From positions 1 through 22,589 of the forward strand of contig JAHLWP010000051.1 in the NCBI GenBank assembly GCA_019057865.1: 22,589 bases of DNA. Reading direction: 5' to 3'. Source of the DNA: Promethearchaeota archaeon (GTDB taxonomy: Archaea; Asgardarchaeota; Lokiarchaeia; Sigyniarchaeales; SOKP01). The notes beneath the pieces are model-generated. The model saw nothing but the letters and a program-made list of their open reading frames with translations, was not told where the DNA came from and did no database searches. Within the stretch, counting starts at the first letter, position 1. Every line of letters begins with the position of its first letter. Made by a program: the position numbers and the translations under genes. Positions 1 to 8,120 of this stretch are shown piece after piece.

Positions 1-33
1 AAAAATAGTCTTTATAAAAATAGAAATTGGGGA

Positions 34-75
34 ATAAGTAATTTCTATAATAGATAAGTAATTTCTATAATAGAT
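34..75. repeat. 20-bp direct tandem repeat (ATAAGTAATTTCTATAATAG x2)
   Basis: Identical copies at 34-53 and 54-73 plus 2 nt. ATAGAAATT at 20-28 is the reverse complement of AATTTCTAT within each copy. Confidence 0.85.
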
Positions 76-216
76 TTTTATTAATGATTTTGAGGATCAA
101 GAGACCTTATCATACTTAGGAGTGCGGAGAGCTTTAGTCATTGACAGTATTATGCGAGAAAAATATTTGATTTACACATTAGATTTTAATGGAGAGATTT
201 TAAAATCTTAAATTTA

Positions 217-223
217 GGAGGTG
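217..223 (+). promoter_or_regulatory. Shine-Dalgarno-like GGAGGTG upstream of the large ORF
   Basis: GGAGGTG lies 8 nt before an in-frame ATA at 232. The frame is open from 190. Confidence 0.55.
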
Positions 224-342
224 TATTAAAAATAAGTGAATTAGGCGAAAAAGGCGAATTTAATGATAAAGCTGAACAGGATGAATTAAATACTGAGAGC
301 GTTGAGGAGGTTGATGAAGGATTTAATAACGGATTTCATGAG

Positions 343-3300
343 ATGGGAGAATTAGCAGATGAGACTGACGAGGAATTTAATAGTGGATTTCATGAGATGG
401 AGGAAGTAACGGATGAGGAGATTGATAAGGAATTTGATGAGCAATTTAATGAGGTGGAAGAGGAATATGAAAATATCGGCTCTCAAAGTACTGTATTAAT
501 GCATGAAAATCCCGAAATAGAAGGAGAAAATCAGGAAGAACTTCAAGCTGAAAGTGAGGAATATACTGAGGAGGAAGAGGAGTACCTAGAGAATGAGGAA
601 GAAGCAATAGAGATAGATCCAGAAGAATACGAAAATGACCAAGATCCTATTATTGATACCGAAGAGATAGAATTTGTTAGGGATATGGAAGAATTGGGGC
701 GCATGCTGAAAGAATATGATGAGAAGTTAGGCTATCCTGAAGAAGAAAATGATAATACTGCTTTTAATGCAGAGCAAGCTTATAGGGAAATTAAAGAAAG
801 AAATAGTAATAAAGAAGAAAAGGAAGAGGCCCAAGAATTAGAGGAACAAGAAAAAGAAATTACAGAAGATCAGAAGGAAGAGCATATTGAGGAAATACTT
901 TCTGGTGATGCACAAGGGGAAGATGTCAATGATACATCAGAAGAAGCAGAGATAGAGCCAGAAGAGTTTGATTATCTTTGGGAAAAATATGAACAGTATG
1001 AACAAGAAGGGAAGAATTCTGAAGAAATCAGTAATTTAATGCATGAGGCAGAAGAAACTTATAAACTCTTAAAAAATGTTGAAAAGCTCTATGAACAACA
1101 AGAAAAAGAAAAATTAAAGTCAATTGACCATGAAGATGAAGAAGATAACGATGATGTAAGAGAACAGATTGATCGAGTAGATGCAGTAGAATATTTTGTA
1201 GATTTTGAAGAAAAATTACACCAGCAAGGAAAATCTCAAGGAGAAATTGACGAGCAGGTGGAAGAAATTGCGAAGGATTTCTTCTTAAGTGAAATAGAAG
1301 AAAAACAACAAAATGAACAAGAAAAAGATGTGAGTGAAGAACTTAGAATCGAACAAGCTGGAACTGATGAAATAAACTCAGATCTAAAAGAACAGGAACA
1401 GATTAAACAAATCTCTGTTTATGATAACGATGACAATAGAAAAACTCATGAAGAAGTGGAAAAAAAAGAAGCAGAAGAAGAGATCAAAACAGAATTAAAT
1501 GATATAGAAACTGATGATGTGGAACCATATCACGAAAGAATCAATGAATCCATTGAGAAAGAAGACAAGCTAGAGAGTAAAGAAACAGAAGAAGAAGAAT
1601 ATAAAAAGCTTCAGCAATTATATCGCCAAGAAACTGGTAAAAGACCTATGTATGCTGGAACGGAGACAAAAGGATTTAACCAATGGTTAGAAAAACAAGA
1701 ATTAAAAACTAAAGAGTTAGAAGAGAAAGAACAAAAAAAGGAGAAATGGCAAAAGAAACTTAAAAACTGGATAGAAGGATCTAACGAAGAAGAGCTCAGC
1801 TCTGAACTTAAAGTAGTTTTGAAAGAGATACTTCAAAATTTTCAAGAATATGAAAAATTAGAAGAATTATATAAAAGATATGAAAAAGGAGAATTAACTG
1901 AAAAAAATAAAGAAGTGTTGAATTTCATTATAAACAAACTATTAAATATAAGCCCTATTCACTTACATTTATATTTGAATATAAGCGGATTTAAAGCGTA
2001 TTATCAAGAACATCATTGGTGGAATCCCGCGCTTATTAATGAAATAAAATATAAATTTCTCAGACATCTGTCCAAAAAATATGAAGTCTTAAAAAAACAC
2101 TCAAAAAATATATCTAAACTTAAACAACTTCATGCTAAGCACATTCGAAAATTAGTTGATAGACCACATTCAATCAAGGAGAATATTAAATTAACTCAGA
2201 ATAATTTGAAGGACTTTTTAAAGGAAAATTTGGAAAATATAAATGAATTGAATGAAAATCAGAAATCAATTTTAGTTGAAAATCGAAATTCAATGATTCA
2301 AGGGCAGAACTCAAAATTTTCTGAGGATGAAATTAGATTTTTTAAAAATCATAATATTAATTGGAGAATGTTAGGATCTAGATGGGATTGGGTTAAAAGA
2401 AACCTTTTGATTCCATTTTTCTTGGAGATTTTATATGTAAAGAATAATAGGGTTCCTAAGACTAAAGAAATTGAAAATTGGGGTTATGGACGATTTTTAA
2501 AAATTTTAAGAGAAAAATATAGCTTAACTTTCTCAAAACTTGTAGAAAAGGCGGGTATAGCCCCACGAAAAAGCTTGAAAAAAGAAAAAAATTTTTCGAA
2601 TGATGAGAAAAAATTTTTAATTAATCATGAAGTTAAAATTGAAAATTTAAATACAAGATGGGAATGGGTTAGACTAAATCCTGAATTAGCAATTGATTTT
2701 TATGAGGAAATTTTATTTCCGAAATATGGTCGAAGCCCCACTTCAAGAGAAATAAAAAAATTAGGTTATGGGCAATTTATTGAAATACTACGAGATATGG
2801 GATTAACCCTTTCAAATTTGGCTGAAAGAGCCGGTTTTAGACCAAGAAATTCTTATGAAAGGGTGATTAATTCAGATGACTTAACAGATAAAGAAATCGA
2901 GTTTCTGGAGCGTCATAACATCAAGCTTAGTGATTTGACATCTAGATGGTCCTGGTTAGATGATGATCCAGATCTAGCGATGAATTTCTTTAAAGAAGTA
3001 ATTTATCGACTGCATAATAAAGTTCCTACTTGGGATGAGATTGCTTATTCAAATTATTATAATTTTGTTCAAAAACTTAGTACTTTCAATCTAACATATC
3101 CAGAACTTATAAAATTATCAGGATTTGAACCAAATTATGAATTTTTAAATGAAAATGATAAGACGATCATATATGATTTGATGGAAAGATTTGTGAATGA
3201 ATATTTCGAATCAGGTCAAGAGATTTATCCTCCATCTTTATCGTATTTAGTTAAATACGGACCATTAAAGGTTAGTGATGCTACTTTCAGTCATTATGCA

Positions 3301-4887
3301 AAAGAATATTTAATAGGTAGATTTGGAGTTCAAGAAGGTGAAAAAATTTATTCAGAATTTTGGCCACATTTATCTGCTGGATTATCTAGTGAGAAAATAT
3401 CAATGGTTTACGATTATACTGAAGAATTCGTAAATAATTTTTTAGATTCTAAAAAATTGCCACTACCAATTATTCATATAACTAAACATTTAATTCCAAA
3501 TATTTCTAGTCATACATTTTCTAAATATGCTCAAGAATATCTTAATAAGCGATTTGGTGTTGTTAGAAGCCAGAATCTCTATGAGAAAATGTGGCCATAT
3601 GATCTTTTAGTAGCTAATACAGGAACTTTAGTTCACAGAATAATTAATGAACTTTTAACTATATATTTTAAAAATTATCAAGAAATTAAATATTTTAGTG
3701 TTCCCGTTATTTATCCTACAAGAAAACCTGATGGGTTAATACTTAAATCAAGGAAACTTATTTCATTACTTAAAGCAAATGAGAATATTTTACATAAAAT
3801 AAATTTAGATATTAATATCTTAAATAAGGTTAAAGCAATTGTTTTTGATTTTACCTCAGATGTTTCACAACGAAATATCATGGATAAGATTATTAAATAT
3901 CAACATCCTGATCTTTTCCTTTTTATTATCGGAGTTAGATGGTATTATGATATTCCATATTTAAAAGTTCCAGAAGATAGAGGTGTAATAGGCAAAAAAA
4001 AAATTAAAATTATTAGTATTGAGGATTTTTGTGAACTATTTTCAATACCTTTGGAATTAATTCAAGAATTGGAAAGTATATTAAAGTTGGCAATTGATCG
4101 GGATATTGATTCTTTAAGTAAAATAAGCCTTTTGGAAAATGAAGAGTTATATAATACAGATTCTCTGCACGCTGAGCTTATTCAAAATGGAAAAATCAAA
4201 GAAAATATTCAAGAATTTTTGGATCTAGGTTTGATTAATCATCCAATTAAGAATATTTTTACAAAATCAGAACTAGAATATATAGAGAGTTGTAGAAATA
4301 TTGATCATAAAATAGCTATTATTGATATTGAGACAACGGGTTTCAATCCATTGAAAGATAGTATAGTTGAAATAGGGATTGTTGAATTAGATTTAAGTAC
4401 AGGAGAAAAAAAGATTTTATTCAATTCAGTTGTTAAGGATTCAAATTACAATTCATCAAAATATTATAATAATCTCTTTTTGAAAGATATTAGTATAGAT
4501 CCTATAGAGATTGAAAAAGCAAGACCTTTAGAATTTTATAGAGACATCCTTCAATTGATCTTTAATTGCTATAAGATTACTGCTTATAATAATAGATTTG
4601 ATTTTAGATTTTTGGAAAATAGAGGTTTTAACATTCCAAGAAAATTAATGGATATAATGAATTTTTGTCAACGAAAAATACCTAAAGGAAATAGTCTTAA
4701 ATTTGAGGAAGTTTATCGATATTTTTATAATACTCCTCAAAATAAGATAAAAGAAATTTTATCCAATCCAAATTATGTTTCATTACATAGAGCAATTGAT
4801 GATGTAATTCATGAAACTGAGCTCCTCTTTTATTTAATTCAGGAATCTAATTTTCCATTAACTTATCAAAAAAAACTTTTTTTATAG
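343..4887 (+). CDS. Large multidomain protein: Glu-rich N-terminus, helical repeats, PD-(D/E)XK-like domain, C-terminal DEDDh 3'-5' exonuclease (DnaQ-like); true start may be 232
   Basis: 1514-aa ORF. ExoI motif IAIIDIETTG, ExoII AYNNRFD, ExoIII HRAIDD. GTLVH...RKPDG...VFDFT resembles a restriction-fold nuclease. Three ~92-aa and two ~78-aa internal repeats. Confidence 0.8.
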   Translation: MGELADETDEEFNSGFHEMEEVTDEEIDKEFDEQFNEVEEEYENIGSQSTVLMHENPEIEGENQEELQAESEEYTEEEEEYLENEEEAIEIDPEEYENDQDPIIDTEEIEFVRDMEELGRMLKEYDEKLGYPEEENDNTAFNAEQAYREIKERNSNKEEKEEAQELEEQEKEITEDQKEEHIEEILSGDAQGEDVNDTSEEAEIEPEEFDYLWEKYEQYEQEGKNSEEISNLMHEAEETYKLLKNVEKLYEQQEKEKLKSIDHEDEEDNDDVREQIDRVDAVEYFVDFEEKLHQQGKSQGEIDEQVEEIAKDFFLSEIEEKQQNEQEKDVSEELRIEQAGTDEINSDLKEQEQIKQISVYDNDDNRKTHEEVEKKEAEEEIKTELNDIETDDVEPYHERINESIEKEDKLESKETEEEEYKKLQQLYRQETGKRPMYAGTETKGFNQWLEKQELKTKELEEKEQKKEKWQKKLKNWIEGSNEEELSSELKVVLKEILQNFQEYEKLEELYKRYEKGELTEKNKEVLNFIINKLLNISPIHLHLYLNISGFKAYYQEHHWWNPALINEIKYKFLRHLSKKYEVLKKHSKNISKLKQLHAKHIRKLVDRPHSIKENIKLTQNNLKDFLKENLENINELNENQKSILVENRNSMIQGQNSKFSEDEIRFFKNHNINWRMLGSRWDWVKRNLLIPFFLEILYVKNNRVPKTKEIENWGYGRFLKILREKYSLTFSKLVEKAGIAPRKSLKKEKNFSNDEKKFLINHEVKIENLNTRWEWVRLNPELAIDFYEEILFPKYGRSPTSREIKKLGYGQFIEILRDMGLTLSNLAERAGFRPRNSYERVINSDDLTDKEIEFLERHNIKLSDLTSRWSWLDDDPDLAMNFFKEVIYRLHNKVPTWDEIAYSNYYNFVQKLSTFNLTYPELIKLSGFEPNYEFLNENDKTIIYDLMERFVNEYFESGQEIYPPSLSYLVKYGPLKVSDATFSHYAKEYLIGRFGVQEGEKIYSEFWPHLSAGLSSEKISMVYDYTEEFVNNFLDSKKLPLPIIHITKHLIPNISSHTFSKYAQEYLNKRFGVVRSQNLYEKMWPYDLLVANTGTLVHRIINELLTIYFKNYQEIKYFSVPVIYPTRKPDGLILKSRKLISLLKANENILHKINLDINILNKVKAIVFDFTSDVSQRNIMDKIIKYQHPDLFLFIIGVRWYYDIPYLKVPEDRGVIGKKKIKIISIEDFCELFSIPLELIQELESILKLAIDRDIDSLSKISLLENEELYNTDSLHAELIQNGKIKENIQEFLDLGLINHPIKNIFTKSELEYIESCRNIDHKIAIIDIETTGFNPLKDSIVEIGIVELDLSTGEKKILFNSVVKDSNYNSSKYYNNLFLKDISIDPIEIEKARPLEFYRDILQLIFNCYKITAYNNRFDFRFLENRGFNIPRKLMDIMNFCQRKIPKGNSLKFEEVYRYFYNTPQNKIKEILSNPNYVSLHRAIDDVIHETELLFYLIQESNFPLTYQKKLFL

Positions 4888-5001
4888 AAAAATATTCTTA
4901 ATCTTTCTTAAGAAAAAATTCTTATTACTTCTATTATTAGGAAAAATTAATTAAGAAAAATTAAGAAGAGGAAATATAAGAAAAGTAATGGTTGAAGAAA
5001 A

Positions 5002-7941
5002 ATGATCGATTACGATCCACAAAAAATTGAAGAAAAATGGCAAAATAGATGGGAAAGCGATAAAATCTTTAAAGTAACTGAAAATTCGAAGAAAAAAAGT
5101 TATTATGTACTAGAGATGTATCCATACCCCTCTGGAAAGCTCCACATGGGACATTTAAGAAATTATACTATTGGAGATTGCATTGCTAGGTATAAAAGAA
5201 TGCAAGGTTTCAATGTTCTTTATCCAATGGGTTATGATTCCTTTGGTATGCCAGCAGAATCAAAATGTATATCACATTATGCTGTATAATGCAGCCATTG
5301 AAGAGGGAGCTAACCCAGAAGTTTGGACAAATAGTAATATTGAAATAATGTGTTCACAGCAAAAAAGGCTTGGTTTATCATATGATTGGGATCGAGTTTT
5401 ATGGTCCCACCAGAAGAGTTATTACAAATTTGACCAATGGTTCTTTTTGAAAATGTATGAACGTGGTTTGGCTTATAGACAAGAGAGCTATGTAAATTGG
5501 TGCCCAAAATGTGCAACTGTACTTGCTAATGAACAAGCAAGCGGAGGAAGATGTTGGCGTTGTAATACTGTTGTAGATATAAAATTACAACAAACATGGT
5601 TCTTAAAAATCAGAGAGTACGCAGATCAACTCCTTAAAGGCTTAGAAACTTTAGAATGGCCAGAAAATGTTAAAACAATGCAGCGTAAATTAAATCAATG
5701 CCTCTTCGGCATATGAGCGCCCTTGGATTGGTTATTCTGAAGGAACTGTCATTATGTTCCAAATAGTTGGAGAAAATAAGACTATTAATATCTTCACAAC
5801 TCGACCTGATACTGTTTATGGAGTATCTTTTATGGTCTTTGCCCCAGAGCATCCTTGGGTTCGTGAGTGGATCCAAGGAACTGAATATGAAGAGGATTTC
5901 AAAAAACTTTACGATGAAATAATTCATCAAGGGAGATATGAGAGAACTGATATTGAAATTGAAAAGAAGGGAATATTCACTGGAAAATATTGTTTCCATC
6001 CATTGATAAAAGATTTAAAAATTCCAATCTATATTGGTAACTTCGTATTTTGTATCAGTTTCTGATATAAAAGGAAAATTTACGAATATGGAGCAGGAGC
6101 AGTAATGGCTGTACCAGCACACGACCAATTTTGTAAGAATTCCTTACAAAGGTTATAGAGATTTTGAATTTGCGAGAAAATACCATATTCCGATAAAACA
6201 AGTTATACAACCTTTTGCTTATAAATTACCTGCTGATACAAATAAATGGAATCGTGCATATGAAGGAGACGGATTTTTAATTAATTCCTCAAGTAATAAA
6301 AGTGATTTCAATAACCTTGATAATCGCAATGCAATAGAAAAAATCACAAATAGATTAGAAGAAATTGATGCAGGTTATGGAACGGTCAACTATAAATTAC
6401 GCGACTGGGGGATATCCCGCCAAAGATATTGGGGCTGTCCGATACCAATAATATATTGCAAAAATTGTGGTAGAGTGCCTGTTCCTTATGAAGATCTTCC
6501 TGTTTCACTCCCAGATGATGTTGATTTCTCAAAAGGAGGGAATCCCTTAGAAACTAGTGAGAGTTTCATAAATGTGAAATGTCCTAAATGCGAAAAATTA
6601 GGAGCGAAACGTGAAACTGATACCATGGATACATTTGTAGATAGTTCATGGTATTTCTTTAGATATTGTGATCCTGATTCGAGAGATATACCTTATAGAA
6701 AAAAAATCTTAGACTATTGGGGTAAAGGTACCTTTCTTGTTGATCAATATATAGGTGGAATAGAACATGCGATATTACATTTGATATATGCTAGATTTTG
6801 GACAAAAGTAGCGAGAGATCTTGAATTGCATAGTTTTGATGAACCATTCAGGCGTTTATTGACACAGGGGATGATTAATAAGGCGCATCCTTTTTGTACT
6901 AACTGTAATAGACACATAATGAGAGCAGAACTTAAGGAGATGATGTGCAAACGATGTGGGAATAAAAATTTAACATTGAAATCTGTAAAAATGAGTAAAA
7001 GCTATGGAAATACTGTAGAGCCTAAGGAAATAGTAGATAAATATGGAGCTGATGCTGCTAGGTTTTTTATTTTATTCGGAGCAAGTCCTGAATCTGGCTT
7101 AGAATGGTCAGATGAAGGTGTTGGGTTTGCAAATAAATTCATAAAAAACACATTTTCAATGCTAGTTGATCCTCCTGAGATTAAAAGAAAAGAAAAAACT
7201 ATTCGAGATACTCTTGTAAAATATATTTTAAACAAAACGATAAAGCTAGTTACTAATAATTTTGAAAAAATATCAATTAGAGACGCTGTAAACAATATAA
7301 TACAATTCGCTTCTGAATTTAATAAATATAAAAATGAAGGTGTAGTTGAAGAAATTTTTGAAGAATGTAGAGAAAAATTACTTTTAATACTCCATCCAAT
7401 TATCCCTCATATCACTGAAGAAATCTGGGAAATCATTGGTAAAAAAGGATTTATTAGTTTAGCTTCATGGCCTTCTTACAATAAAGAATTAATTACTCTT
7501 GAAAATGATTTCAAATGGAAGTTAATAAACAATATTTTAGATGATATTAACAATATTAAAACTGTTATAAGAAAAGAAGAATTAGATAAAATTTCAATTA
7601 TTATAGCGGATGAATGGAAATATAGATTCTATAAACAGCTATTATCATTGATTAATGAAACCAAAAATCAAGGTGAAATTATAAAAACACTCATGCAAAA
7701 AGATTACTTAAAGCCTCATAGTAAGTTCATAAGTCAAATCATCACAAAAGTTTTAAAAAATGTAGGAAAGTATCCAAAATTCACTCTTACAACAAATGAG
7801 GAATACAATTTTTTTCAGGATATTAAATCAATGATCATGAAAAAATATAACTGCGAGGTTGAAATTTTAATTGAGAAAGATTCGAATGCACAAAAAGCAA
7901 TTCAATCTCTTCCAGGAAAACCTGCTATTATCATTACATAA
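5002..7941 (+). CDS. leuS: Leucine--tRNA ligase interrupted by four putative BHB micro-introns; join(5002-5259,5288-5688,5723-6047,6078-6128,6157-7941), 939 aa
   Basis: Motifs [12 protein letters not shown] (HIGH), [20 protein letters not shown] (CP1 editing), [37 protein letters not shown] and KMSKS. Joined exons total 2820 nt (940 codons) with no internal stop. Confidence 0.93.
5260..5287 (+). other. Putative BHB-type mRNA micro-intron 1 of leuS (28 nt)
   Basis: Removal restores FGMPAE^NAAI. Central helix GCAG(5254-57)/CUGU(5282-85), bulges AA^U and AU^A, intron stem CAAAAUGU/ACAUUAUG (7 of 8 paired). Exon-exon helix is relaxed. Confidence 0.85.
5689..5722 (+). other. Putative BHB-type mRNA micro-intron 2 of leuS (34 nt)
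   Basis: Removal restores TMQRNWIG (codon AA^T). Central helix GCGU(5683-86)/GCGC(5717-20), bulges AA^A and CC^U, exon helix CAAUGCA/UGGAUUG (6 of 7 paired), intron hairpin AUGCC-UCUUC-GGCAU. Confidence 0.88.
6048..6077 (+). other. Putative BHB-type mRNA micro-intron 3 of leuS (30 nt, in frame, contains TGA)
   Basis: Removal restores GNFV^IYEYGAG. Intron stem 6049-58/6062-71 (10 pairs), central helix UUCG/AGGA (3 of 4 paired), bulges UA^U and AA^A, long exon-exon helix 6028-40/6080-92. Confidence 0.82.
6129..6156 (+). other. Putative BHB-type mRNA micro-intron 4 of leuS (28 nt)
   Basis: Removal restores PAHDQ^RDFEFA. Central helix GACC(6123-26)/GGUU(6151-54), bulges AA^U and AU^A, perfect 8-bp intron stem UUUGUAAG/CUUACAAA. 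Confidence 0.9.
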
Positions 7942-8120
7942 GATCTTCTTAAAAGTTTTTTGAATAAAAGTAATTTATTAAATTACATCTTTCATATATT
8001 TCTTGATTCTAATTTATTAACTTAAAATTAACTAAATTATTTTAAATGGAAAAATATTAAATCTTAATAGAATTAGGGTTAAATTAAATCCCATTAATAT
8101 CAAATAAACCATACAAACAT

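Noticed and set aside
5171-5287. N-terminal part of ORF 5171-5716 as real protein
   Set aside because: It is an alternate-frame extension. Only 5288-5688 matches LeuRS (exon 2).
6063-6065. Selenocysteine or stop readthrough at the in-frame TGA in leuS
   Set aside because: Readthrough would add 10 residues inside the conserved CP1 motif and would not explain the three frameshifting inserts.
5260-6156. Spliceosomal, group I or group II introns, or IS footprints
   Set aside because: No GT-AG ends, far too short for ribozymes, and no target-site duplications flank the inserts.
6280-6745. Additional in-frame introns at the small LeuRS insertions ([14 protein letters not shown])
   Set aside because: They are only a few residues long, lie in variable loops, have no stop, and show no BHB fold that I could find.
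5002-7941. leuS as a pseudogene or as a product of sequencing frameshifts
   Set aside because: The disruptions are discrete 28-34 nt structured inserts, not 1-nt homopolymer indels. The exons show no other decay, and all four junctions match BHB cut geometry.
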